Origin: Phoronis australis
Lineage: Eukaryota; Animalia; Phoronida
Direction: 5' to 3'
Length of the DNA: 64,000 nucleotides
Assembly: GCA_002633005.1 (NCBI GenBank)
Contig: NMRA01000754.1
Span: forward strand, 1-64,000
This document shows, in pieces, positions 14,801 to 28,400 of this stretch (position 1 is its first letter; each line of letters starts with the position of its first letter). The notes under the pieces are model-generated. The model was not told the DNA's origin, ran no database searches, and saw only the letters and a list, made by a program, of their open reading frames with translations. The translations under genes were made by a program, and so were the position numbers.

Positions 14801-17800
14801 TGATCGGAGATGAAAATATTATTCGTCTGCCCGATAGTAGACATAGCGTACAATAAAACTTACAATTTCTAGTTTGGTGTTGATGTGCATCCATAAATGT
14901 GAAATTGATGTCTTTTATTGTTGTCTATGTCTACGATCGGAGAGTTGCTTAACCGAGTCAAAAGCAAGGACATCACACTCTTATCATTACTTTGAAATTG
15001 TTTACAATAAACCACTGACGTACATATTACCTTCGCAACTGAAAGTTAACCACCGTGCCCTAAAGATAAGTGTTCCTGGTCTGAATTAATAGCGAACTGT
15101 TACTTCTTCTCAAGCTCACAAATCCTTTTATCTGTTGAGTAAGGAACAATAAAATGCCACAAATTGTAATTGTGGGTAAAAGTCAAATGTTGTTTTTTGA
15201 CAGAGTGTGTCGGTTTCTTACTCCGCAGTGATAATTACGATTATTTAGTATTTATCAACGACAAACCGTTAAATTGAAAATAAAAACAACACCACGTGTT
15301 GGTTGTTAACGTGAATGGGTGACGAGGAATGATTGTTAGGGGAATATGTCTGGCGCCTTGATCGGGAGCAAAGCAGTGACGAGGTTTTGGTAAAAACGTT
15401 ACATAAAACGTAGTAATAATTTATCTCATTGTTTTCGTGTTTGCTGATACTGAAATGCACTTTTGTTCCAGTCAATGGGCAATGGTCAAGCTGGACACCT
15501 TGGGAGTCTTGCTCAGTTACGTGTGAGGTTGGCGTAACTACACGAGAACGAAAGTGCGACAATCCCATGCCAGCTTTTGGAGGCCTCACTTGTCAAGGAA
15601 AAAGTTTAGAAAATCGCACATGTAATACAAATAAAAATTGCCCGGGTACGAAAACGGTTGCAATTTGGAGTGTTTTTCTGAGACACTGACACTAAACATT
15701 CTACCACTTTCGACTCTGGTTTCCTTTTAAAAATGCCAATAGCCACGATTCGTTTATTAATGAAGTAGTGAAATAAATACTGCCAAATCTTGAACGTGAT
15801 TTTTGTAGTGTTTGTTTGAATATTATGCTTAATCTGTCTATGTGTGAATGTTTACTGTTCGCTAAATATCTTAATATAGTTTTGAAAATCTGACCTGATG
15901 CATTGTGTCCGAACCTTCAAGTAGGCGAAATGAAATTTTGTGATCGGAGATGAAAATATTATTCGTCTGCCCGATAGTAGACATAGCGTACAATAAAACT
16001 TACAATTTCTAGTTTGTGGTTGATGTGCATCCATAAATGTGAAATTGATGTCTTTTATTGTTGTCTATGTCTACGATCGGAGAGTTGCTTAACCGAGTCA
16101 AAAGCAAGGACATCACACTCTTATCATTACTTTGAAATTGTTTACAATAAACCACTGACGTACATATTACCTTCGCAACTGAAAGTTAACCACCGTGCCC
16201 TAAAGATAAGTGTTCCTGGTCTGAATTAATAGCGAACTGTTACTTCTTCTCAAGCTCACAAATCCTTTTATCTGTTGAGTAAGGAACAATAAAATGCCAC
16301 AAATTGTAATTGTGGGTAAAAGTCAAATGTTGTTTTTTGACAGAGTGTGTCGGTTTCTTACTCCGCAGTGATAATTACGATTATTTAGTATTTATCAACG
16401 ACAAACCGTTAAATTGAAAATAAAAACAACACCACGTGTTGGTTGTTAACGTGAATGGGTGACGAGGAATGATTGTTAGGGGAATATGTCTGGCGCCTTG
16501 ATCGGGAGCAAAGCAGTGACGAGGTTTTGGTAAAAACGTTACATAAAACGTAGTAATAATTTATCTCATTGTTTTCGTGTTTGCTGATACTGAAATGCAC
16601 TTTTGTTCCAGTCAATGGGCAATGGTCAAGCTGGACACCTTGGGAGTCTTGCTCAGTTACGTGTGAGGTTGGCGTAACTACACGAGAACGAGAGTGCGAC
16701 AATCCCATGCCAGCTTTTGGAGGCCTCACTTGTCATGGAAAAAATTTAGAAAATCGCACATGTAATACAAATAAAAAGTGTCCGGGTAGGAAATCTTTCA
16801 CAATTTGGAGTATTTTTCTGAGACACCATCACTAAATATTCCATCACTTTCGATTCTGGTTTCCTTTAAAAAATTCCAAAAGCCAAGATTCGTTCGTCAA
16901 TAAAGTATTGAAATAAATACTGCCACATCTTAAATTTTGATGTTTGTAGTGTTTGTTGGAATATTATGAATGTTTACTGTTCGATAAAAACCTTAACACA
17001 GTGTTGAAAACTTGACCCGATGCACTGCGTACGAACGTTTAAGTTGACGAAATGAGATCTTGTGATCGGAGATCCGACCACAACACGTCTGATCGACAGT
17101 AAACATGGCCTACAATAAAACAGATAATTTCAAAATTCATTCATATAAGTATAGATGAATGTCAAATTTATGCCTTTACTGTTGCCTATTTCTACGATCG
17201 GTGAGTTACTTAACCCAGACAAAAAGAAGGGCATCGTCCTCTTATCATTACCTTGAAATTGTTTACAATAAACCACTTTGTGCATATTGCCTTAGCAACT
17301 GAACCTTACGTGCCAAGCAGATTAGTGTACCTGATCTGAAACAATAATCACCAGGCACTTTCTACTCAAGCCCACGAATCATTTCTTATCTGAGAAAGGA
17401 AAAACAAGATGCAAAGATTTAACTGTGAGTAAACGTCAGAAGTTATTTTGTAGGAAGGCGCCGCTTTATTACCCATTAACTACCGCAACGATACCATTAT
17501 TTATATTTCATCAAGTACAAACCGATGAATTGAAGATAAAAACAACAGCACGCTATCGGTGTTAACGTGAGTGTGTGACTAGGAATGATTGTGATGCGAA
17601 TGTGTGGGGCACCTTGATGGGGAGCAAAGTCATGCTGAGGTTACACTGGCTAAAATCTTAACTTGATATACGTGGTAACTGTTTGTCAAATTGATTTTGC
17701 GTTGGGTGATACTGAAGCGCAGTCGATGGGAAATGGTCAAACTGGTCGTCCTGGGGGTCTTGTACAGTAACGTGTGAGGTTGGCGTAACTACACGAGAAC

Positions 17801-20800
17801 GAGAATGCAGCAATCCCACGCCAGCTTTTGGAGGCCTCACTTGTCATGGAAAAAGTTTAGAAAATCGTACATGTAATACACATAAAAACTGCTCGGGTAA
17901 GACAACTTTGGAGTTTGAAGTGTGTTTTTCTCAGACGCCATCAATAAATATCCTATCACAATCGACTCTGATTTCCTTTTGAAAATGCTAAGAAACATAT
18001 TTCATGAGTTAAAAAAGTGGTAAATTAAATACTACCACATCTTAAACTCAACGTGTGTTGTCTTCGTTGGAATATTATCCTCATAAGGTCATGGGGTGTG
18101 GGGACCGATGGGGTTTGAGAACAATCCGTTTTCCTCTGCAAATTGTCGAGTTTGCGAAATGACCAAAACTGCCACATATTTTACTTCTGGCAGAACAGTT
18201 GTCCTCGAAATGCGTTCGTATGCACTTATTACAAAACATCTTGTGCCTTTTGTGACAAACATTGTCCTCAGTTTTTAGGTGCTGTTGAGACAGTTCACTG
18301 GCACGACAGCTTTTAATCACATTCTCCAAAGTTTAGTGATGTACCTCCAAGTCTAGGAGCTTCAATTTGGTATGATTGTCGCGGACACCATTGACAATTC
18401 TGTCACAAATAAATGTGTCCTCTGTGTCACAGTTCTCACTTCCCTTTGCATGATGCTTAAGCTCTGCTACTCATCGTCCTTCTGATTCCGTTCTAAAAAA
18501 GCTTGTCAGTGAATATTGCGATATTTCTTGTGACCTTAATGTTCGTCAAAACCTGCCATTAACGTATCTAAATAATTTGTTCTCTGGCGACAAATCAATT
18601 ATGTTGCATAGTTTGATACCATCTGATCCAAGCAGTTGCAGACAAGGTAAATGTCAAATCTCTGCCGTCACATGCTCCAACTTTCTCCTGTTTTGTCAGA
18701 TTCGAGTTGTAGGCCTACAAAAGGTTTTACCGGGCTCAAGGCTAGCTTAAGAGCAGCCATTGTATTTAGCAATCGACAACCAAAGAAATCGCCTACTCCT
18801 GACACCGTGTACATGTAATGTCTTGTGGAGAGAGGAACGAGAAAGACGTCTTTACTCAAACACTACTTTTTTGCTAACTGGCTAACTACTCTACCACAAC
18901 ATGTTTTTGCAGTACACAAACCACATGCATATGAGTCACATTTCATAGAACTGTTTATTGGCAAAAGTTAAAAAATTCTCCAACAAATTGTGCCGTGTAA
19001 GGTCCACGTGTAAATGTAGTTCCAGCAAAAACCACATTACAGAAATAAGTGTCTGTCTTTGTGGAACTATGCAGCTCATTCATGTTTCGTTTATTCATGT
19101 ATTATCATTATTTCTGCCTTAGCTCTAGTTGTAAAGACTCATCTTCTGTGTTGTCAAATGGTACTCGCTGTGCACTTAAAAACTAATTAAAGTTGCTGCA
19201 ACTTATGCTTCAATGTTAAATCACCGACTTTCTTCCCGGAAGTATTTGTTCGTCCAAACATAGGCCATGCGCGTTTATCATTACCCAGAAATTATTGACA
19301 ATGAACCATTGACGTGCACAGTGCCTTAGCGACTGAACGTCACGTGCCGTGCTCAGTCGATGAGTGTGAGCAATCTGAAACAACAACAACCTGGCACTTT
19401 TTTTTCGAGCCTACAAATCATTTCTCAACTGAGGAAAGAACAACACGATGCCGATGATTACAGCTGTGAATCAAAAGTTGTTTTTTACAGAAGGCACTGG
19501 TTTGTTGACCGACCCTTAACTTCTGTAACAATTACGATTATTTAGTTTACATCAACGACTAACCGTTTAATTGAAGATAAAAGGAATAGTACTTGGTCGA
19601 TGCTAAAGTAAGTGTGTGACAGGAAATGAGTGTGATGCGAATGGGTCGAGGGACAGCACGGCATTGATGAGGATTCTCTGGTTCAAAACACATCTTAAAA
19701 AGAATACAGTAAGGGCTTATCGTCATGTTTTCTTGTTGGCTGAAATACAATTCCCTACCACTTTTGTTTCAGTTAATGGAAAGTGGTCAAGCTGGACGAC
19801 CTGGCAGTCTTGCTCAGTTACGTGTGACGTTGGTGTAACTACACGAGAACGAGAGTGCAGCAATCCCGTGCCAGCTTTTGGAGGACACACATGTCTTGGA
19901 AATGAATCAGAAAATCGGGCATGTAGTACACGTATGAACTGCCCGGGTAGGAAAACGTTTGCAGTCTGGAGTATTTTTTCTGGGAAGCCTAAAATATTCT
20001 ATCACAGTCCACTCTGATTTGAAAAAAGGCCAAAAGCCACACTTTGTAAGTTACAGGGGTAGCGAAATGAATATTCCCACATCTGAGCTTAATGTCTTTG
20101 TTGGGACGCAATGCTTAAAGTCCTTATCCCAAAGGGCATTCTAGTTCAAAAACTTAAAAATATATGTAAAATTACGTAATTTGTAACATAGCATAATGTT
20201 CACATCCTTTCTGTTATCAAACTAAAAGCTTTTTAGCACAATTTTGTACCTCGGCCGAGATCGGAAAATCATCGGCTATTCCCGTCTATTTCCGTGACCT
20301 GAGTTCCTGTTCAGTTCAGGAACGATTCCTGAATGCCAGCCATGTTGTCTTTGAAAACGTATTGACATCACCGTGAGCGTAAATGCGTTGCTACTTTGTT
20401 TGGTTGTTTTTGATTCCCATTTTGGTTCTTTTTATGTAAACTTGATTATTTATTGTCCACGTTTTACCTATTTTTGCACATGACGAATGGTATTAAATGC
20501 ATCACTAGTTTGAAGTAGACCTACCGTCGTAAAGTCCGTAGGGCGCAGCCAACGCTTGGTTACTGAGGTCAGCCCCGACTCATCGCGGGGGTACGTCAAG
20601 TTAGCAACAGTAACCGTTTAGGTAATAAATAACAGGAAAAAGTTTCTCGATCAACAAATGTCGTATCTTTATCACCATATCGTGAAATTGATGCAAAGCA
20701 CCAGCCTGAAGTGAGCAATTGCCGTGTCAAGGTGACTACCCGGATGTGTGAGCGCAGTACGTAATATTGGCAGCAAATCGGCACTGGCTTTACTGGCCGT

Positions 20801-22899
20801 TAAAAATGTAAAATAGAAAAAACATCCACATACGGCGATGTTTCAACAAACAAAAAAAAAGTTTTATCTCAAAACAATGAGCTCCACATCTCGTGCTTGA
20901 TTTTGCTGCCAGGACACAGTAACCGGTGAAGTAATTCCCACGGCCTGCAGTCGCCGTGACTCTTCGACGGGAACTGATAATCACTTGCTCAAATGGTTTT
21001 GATTTTCAATTATCAGGGAAAATATATTTTCAAACCTCACAAAAACAAATTTACAATATATACCTCTGTTGTCTAAATATGAAAATTCCACCGTGCAAAC
21101 CGGAGCGGGGGAGTGTAGTGAAGTTTAGTCAATGAGCTGAATGTCGGCGATGGGAATATAATGCAGTGTTAGGAGCATGACGCAGTATTTTTTATTCTCG
21201 TAGTCAAAGGAATTTCACCCATTCAGGGCCGGGTATCTAATTAATGTTTTCATCTTGACCTGCGGAGTACAGATATCTGCCGGCGCACAGCAGGCAAGGC
21301 GGTCCGTCTCCGCCGGCTAGCAGCGTATACGAATGCTTCTGGCTAAGTGGGAATTATTCTTTTTACTTTAAACTTATTAATACTGATATTATACCACTTT
21401 GGCACAATGGCAAGTTTTCTACCTGAAGTTACATGTATTTCGCCACCAAATGGCATTCGTCAACCGCCCGGCCATAGAGAATTAAGTCTTAATTTATTTT
21501 CCATATTTTTGCAAGTTTTACTGTCAGGATATTCTAAGTGTATAGCAATTTTATTTAATAATTTGATGTTGCATATTCGTTGTTCTGTTTATACTGTTTG
21601 TTTACCAGGGTTAATTAAACCAAGTAAAACACGCTTAGCCTAGCCTCATGCGCCTTAGTCGGCCCCGGTTGTTATTCAATCATTGGCACAGGACTGTTAC
21701 TAGTCCGTAATTTTACACAAGTGTCGAAAACTATCTTTTAATGAATACGGCATTCATGAGTTGAACCATGTATTCCGATAAAGCAGCCGGGGAGGGCATA
21801 CCTTCGTCTTTTGTCAGTGCGAGTGGTCTCGACTCTGCACCGGATCATCGGCTGTAGGTCCGAGCCCGGCAAAATAATTTTTGTCAAAATTTATTTTGCC
21901 ATGAAGTTGAGGTCAGCTGTCGATTATTTTATCCCCGTTTGCAGGCTGGTAACTGACACTGCTCCAGTCGCACAGACAGCCTGGGTTCAGTCCTGAATGA
22001 ACTGTACTTCCGGTATCGCGGTTAGTTCAAAATTGCGGTGTGATCTTCGTGTCGGAATCGTGAGTGACGCGTTTATTTAAACTTTCTTCTACTACGGATT
22101 GTGTGTTGGTTATAGGATACGTACTACATGGTTCCTTATAATGTCTTTTAGCCATTTAATAAGGGTTAAAACGTGTGCTTCTAGGACTTTAAGGTGTCTG
22201 GGTATGAATGTTAGCCGTTTGCTGAGAAATCTCAATTCTTGTTCCAGTTAACGGTAGGTGGTCATCTTGGGCATTTTCGACCCCATGTGATGTCAGTTGT
22301 GGCAACGGAACCCGGGTGAGAAAAAGAGCTTGTGACGACCCTGCACCAATGTATGACGGTTTCAACTGTTCGGGTAATTCCTCTCAGGTAGTGAGGTGCT
22401 CGAATAGAATAGGCTGTCCCGGTAAGAGATTGATCGTCGCAAAAATTAATTGTTTGTGTTATATAGACTGTCATTATACTTATGGTTCAAGTGAAATCGG
22501 CGAAATATTTTGATGCACGGCAGCTGGAAGTTTGGCCAACATAGTAGGCTAGTCACGTTTTGAGTCTTTTCGTGTGGTCTCTGAATTGCCACTTTAAGGA
22601 AGAGCTACATTGTGTAGTTCAAGTAAACATCTTAGTCTATAGCCTAGACATCGCTGCAAATAGCATATTTCAGTCTTTTCAGGTGTTTTCAGATGACAAG
22701 ATACCAGAAAGTTTTGGTCAACTTGTCACTGTCTAAGAAATGTGATCTACCAACATATAGTTCAATTAGCGTAAACAATTGAAAGTTGAGTCGATTGACA
22801 CCTTAATCACTGCATTATGACACACCCTCGGCGAACATCGTGATTACAATATTGTGCTTAACTTGTCTGGGGTATGATGTTTACTGTTTGTTAACTAAG

Positions 22900-22951
<52 letters not shown>

Positions 22952-25414
22952 TCAGTCAACGGTAAGTGGTCATCCTGGATATTTTCCACGCCATGTGACG
23001 TCACTTGTGGCAACGGAACCCGTGTAAAAGAAAGAGCTTGTAATGACCCGGCGCCAATGTTTGGCGGTTTCAACTGTTCCGGTGATTCCGCTGTGGTAGT
23101 AAGGTGCTCTAACGTATTCGACTGTAGCGGTAAGAGTTCATTATTTTGACTAGATTGATCATTAAGTCGTCTCACAGACTTGATGTCGTGGATATATGCC
23201 ACTGCAGGCAATAGTCGTTTTTTTTTTCTAGGTTACGCTCTATATGGCAGCAGTTTCAATAAAATATGATCAAAACCACGTCGTTGAGAGATTATTGTTG
23301 TCAGTATATTTTCAAAGGACTTTTGCTATATTGGAATTGCGCTTGAAGACATCGCAACGGTTGATGTGGCAAAACTACGTTTCTTGGAATTATTTTTCCA
23401 GTAACTAGGAATGAATCAAGCTTGTCGTCGTAAGGACGTGTTATGGCGTTGGCGTGTCTGTACCATGGAAGAAGTTCATCAATCTTGTGCCAGTTTTTAT
23501 AGGCCTCGCGTTCGTCGGAAAAGCTTCGGAAATCACACGTGTACCGAAAGCGAATAACACGTTTGCCTATACAGTTGATATGTTGTGTCACGGTTCTTTT
23601 AAAACTCTTACTGGCACTGCTGATTTGCTTTCGTATAGAAAGATAAAGTGGGGCTATTTGAGTGTTTTCAACCCTGAACTTTGACTGACCTTTACATCCA
23701 GTTCCTACAGCTCGGAAGCCTTGCCACAGTGGTAAGCAACGTGTCGGTTGGAGTCCCCTGGCATATCTAGATTTTGTAGTAACACCATAAGGATTGTACA
23801 AAGTTGTAGGCGACTTCCTTATGTCAACCAACTGCTCACCTTTCAGTTGACGGTCACTGGTCATCATGGTCATATTCAACCCCTTGTGACGTCACTTGTG
23901 GCAACGGATCTCGCATCAAAGAACGAGCTTGTGACGACCCGGCGCCGATGTTCAGCGGTTCCAACTGTTCTGGTGATTCCTCTGAAGTAGTGAGCTGCAC
24001 CAATGGAATAGACTGTCCGGGTAGGATGACGTAACCCATCACTCTAAAGTACTGACGTTTTTCAAAATCATGACCCTCGTGAAAATACTGTTCCTTGTCA
24101 TTTCAGTTGTTATTCAAATTGATATTTCTTTTCTTTCCATAAATTCCGTTAGTACTGTATCTCAAACCACGGCCACTTTTCAATACTAATTGTCTTCAGG
24201 CGTTTTGCTACCAAAACGAACAATCTTGTGCAACGATAAGTACATTGTAACAACTGTTTATGTTGCTATCCACAATATTTTCATTCATAAAGTTAAGGCA
24301 AACCCATTTGCTTCCTAGTGTTGTTCCAAGTGCTCCCCACTAAAGCATTGACCAGTTGGTAGCTGATTCACTTACAAGTCGTTAACAGTGAGCATACAAT
24401 CACGAAATCGTGTTTAGTGTTACACTAACCCTGTTTTTTGGAGTTGACCTAATTTTCTGAACCCAGGTCATACGTCCACAGGTGGCCAGCTCCTTTGTAC
24501 ACTCTCGCAAAGCTGTATTTCTTCCACTAAGTGCAAAATTAAGCTTTGAGTATAAGAGGATTTGTAATTTCCAGTTCAAACTGGACGAAATACGATGCCA
24601 ATCTAGTGATGGAATGTAATTTCAAGCAGACACCTGTTTGAAAGCTTTTTTGTCCTTGGTACTTTCTTCGGTCATCACGTCAAGGGGTACACCCAAATCT
24701 TGATTATGCTGTAACCAGTGAAAAGTCAGACACGGAGATACTCTAGTGCTTAGAGATAATAACACCTGCAAATGTGTCTCCTTAATTCGTTATAAAAATT
24801 CGTTAAATTTGGTAAGTGCATTCCGTTAAATGTGACAACGGGTGTCTGCTTTTTTCGGACGATCGCGACTATGGACGTGCTTCTCAGTCAATATTTTATG
24901 TTAACGCTTGCCTCTTCATCTTCGAATTTTATTGACCGAGTTTCATACGGCTTAGTATTGAGTTTCTAATCAAGAAGCAACGGAGGTTTCCGATTGTTGG
25001 ACAGTTTCGATAAAAACTGTCCCATCTAGTTGCCATTTGCATGATGCCGATGAACACCCATTGCATTGGTTTGACTTTGTTGTATTAGCAGTTTAAGAAG
25101 ATATGTCTGATACCATGAAACGCCTTCTGAAACCGCAACCGATAATTTGAGCGGAAATGGATAATGTTAAAAATACCATGACTGCTCTGATAAGTCACTG
25201 TATTACAGTTTGATTTGGGCATCCAAGATGGCGTTTGTATACGACATTCAGTCATTCATGTACTCACGTTTTTTCTTAGATCCTTTTACACGCTGACAAA
25301 GTATCATTTTTATCGAAACAGGTGCCACTATCGATATGCCACTTTCAACAACTCCCTTGCCTGTTCGCTTATCAGGAAGTAAGTATTCTATTTCGGTTGT
25401 TCAATCTGAACACG

Positions 25415-25462
<48 letters not shown>

Positions 25463-28400
25463 CTTTATTTAAAGAGGATAAAAGTACAATAAATGTAAAA
25501 CATGCTTTAGCCAAAGGCTAATATCTAGCATGGTCCTCTGCCGCAAGAAATTAAATTAATTAAATTAAGTTAGATAAACAGATTAAATTAAGGTACAATA
25601 ACATACATTAAATAAAATAGTATTTACAAATTGGATAAACAAATTGAATAAATAAATATTTTTTTTTGCTAAATATATTGGAAACACAAAAAAGAGGGAC
25701 ATCTATGACGACCACAGGTAACTGATGAGGTGGTGTCTGAAATTATCATAAGTCAGCATCCTTAATACTATTAGACAAATTCCTCCACTGTTTGATAGTC
25801 TGAATAAAGAAGGACTTAGAATAAAACGATGTTCTGTGTCTGGGCAAAACCAAATTGTTTGAGGCAGAAAATCTTGTCCTGATCTGGTGGCTATTTCGAA
25901 CACGTACGAGATTACGAGATGGATAAGTCGGTACATTACCGTGAAAGCACCTATGCATCATACACAGACGCCTATATATAAAATATTTGTCAATAGGGAG
26001 CCACCCCAGTCTATTAAACATATGAGTTGACGGAAGGTCAAATGGCACACTAGAACAAGTATGGCCGCCTGCTTCTGAGCCTTCAATAAAGATTAAACTA
26101 ATTTTGCATTGCATCCTGACCACACTGTACTACAATAAACGAACAGAGGGAATACACAAGCGCTGAAATATTGCAGACGCCCTTCTGTGGGAAGAAATGG
26201 TGATATACGCCGGAGAAGACCAAGGCGCTGCCTAATTTTGGACACAGTAGCATTTATATGGCTAGACCAGCTGAGGGTCTTGTCTACAGTAACACCTAAT
26301 AACTTTTCACTGTCAACAAATTTGAGGCTGATCACAGACAGAATTTTGATAACATAAAGTATTGTAAAAAAGCAGTTTGAAATAGAAATGACATTTTTGT
26401 GTTTTCCACTTCAGTTAATACTAATTTATCATAATGAAGTAAAAACAACTTCTGCATATTCTTTGGTGACTTAATTATGCACTGAATAGTAGGATGTCAC
26501 GGACGGAATGGAAACTATAAATTATTATATATTAAATGATGGTGAAAGTCCTGCTTTGATTGTGGTACTAATTATTTTAAATGGCAATATTTGTAACATT
26601 TAATCTCTCTGTGTTTTTAGTGATTTCTCAGCAAATAAAATTGCTACTTTGTGCCGCAGACGCAATGTCACGGACAGAGGTAGAATACTGAATTTATGCA
26701 TGAATTTGATATTTTAGACGTAATTTTATCTTAACATTACACATACACAAATATACAGATTTATACACAAAACGTACCGAGAGTGGCATACATAAAGTAA
26801 TATCCAAGAGACATTGTTCCGCGTATAGACCTAGACGGCATCGAATTCTTAAGTTTTTTTACATTTTTTCGGCAGACATTTTAAGAACTTCACCCAGATT
26901 GTTTACCTAGCTAATTACATCATGTATGTATGTGCTTGCGCGTTATGTTACAAGTTTCCTCTAGTAAAAGAACCAATTTGAAATGTAACGATTTATTACT
27001 TGAAAAAAGATAACAAAGATGAAAACAACAGTAATTGGGCATTCAACTTGTACCATTTCCTGAGAATAATTAAATAACAACAATATTTAAAATTGTAGTT
27101 ACCGAGGAATCGGCGCTTGAATTGCAGACATACACAAAACGTACCGCAAGTGGCGTACTTGAAGTAATATCCCACTCGACATTATTACGCGTATCGACCG
27201 AGACCGAAGATCGAGGTCGATACGCGGAATAATGTCGAGTGAGATATTACTTAATGTACGCCAATCGAGGTACGTTTTGTATTTATCCCATACGCTTCGA
27301 ATTCCTAAGTTTCTTTCATTTTTTTCCGCAGATATTTAAATACTTCACTGAGACTGTTCACGTGGTGGATCACATCCTATATATATGCACTTGCACCTTA
27401 GGCTTAGTAAAAGAAACAGTTTTAAATGCGACGATTTATTTCTTGAAAAGAAATAACAAAGATGAAAACAAGAATAACTTTTCATTGAACTTGTAACATC
27501 TCCAGAAAATAGTTAAATAACAACAATATTTAATATTGTAGTTACCGATGAATCGGCGCCAGAGTTGCAGACGATACAATATTTAGCAAATGAAAACTGA
27601 GATAGAACTGTTATATAATTAACAGTCCTGTTCCAGACGTTACGATTGAGACCTGATTGTATGTTGAGCGTTATTTACACTGCTATAATTGTATTACTTT
27701 AAACTATTTTCCGAAAGTTTGGTGATCCAACCGGTTTTTAGTGTTCAAAAACTATTGTTCGCCTTTTAAGCTGTCTTGTAACTTTTCGCATTGAGCATCT
27801 TCCAATAAGAAATTCCGTCCGCGACAAAATTTTCCGTCCGCGACAATTTTCTACTGTCACTCTTTATTTGCGGGCTTGTTCCAGTGACACTTATGCCATA
27901 TGACACGATGCTTAGAACCGAATCCAATTTGTTACAGACATGTCGTCTTCAAGGTCTTTCTCACCACCATCTACTGCCAAAACAGCAGGGAGCACAAGTA
28001 TTATTTCGCCACGAGGGTCATCATCCGTGTCACCTACAGTCCCTCGACTTCCTGTATCAACGGTTAAAGATGTTACCTCAGGTACTGTACTTACAATGTG
28101 ACTGAATATCTTCGTTGCCAAAGGTTTCATAGAGAAACGACAACAAGTAAGCCGTTTTCAAGACACTATGACTTTGAGTTTACCTCAGTGGCGGATCTAG
28201 GATATCACAAGGGGGGGGCCAACATTTTGTCCGGCTATAAGCATTTGCGCAAACCACGATTGTAGGTGCGCATAGCACTGAATGGGAGGAGGTTGGGAGG
28301 GAGGGTTTTGCCCCCCTCACGCCAAGGAAATTTTTCTGTTTTTTCCTCCAAAAATCAAGCATTTTCATTGATTCCTGAAGTATTATCCAAGAAAAAAACA

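Noticed and set aside
12104-16229. Recurrent intronic ORFs (METKPLFVF..., MVLMCIHKCEID..., MDAHQ...)
   Set aside because: They recur only because the intron is duplicated; other copies have stops and frameshifts.
5593-17840. Repeated minus-strand ORFs MRPPKAGMGLSHFRSRVV...
   Set aside because: Antisense shadows of the TSP1 exons; splice signals and Cys/Trp patterns are on the + strand.
5676-19946. Regularly spaced repeats as a CRISPR-like or prokaryotic array
   Set aside because: The repeats are spliceosomal exons and the ~0.9-kb spacers are homologous to each other; the context is eukaryotic.
23301-23879. 192-aa minus ORF and signal-peptide-like ORF 23454-23684 in intron 14
   Set aside because: No recognisable domain or convincing splice sites; likely chance.
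27884-28105. His/Gln-rich ORF MTLMPYD...
   Set aside because: The alternative S/T/P-rich frame has matching phase-1 acceptor and donor and fits the gene model better.
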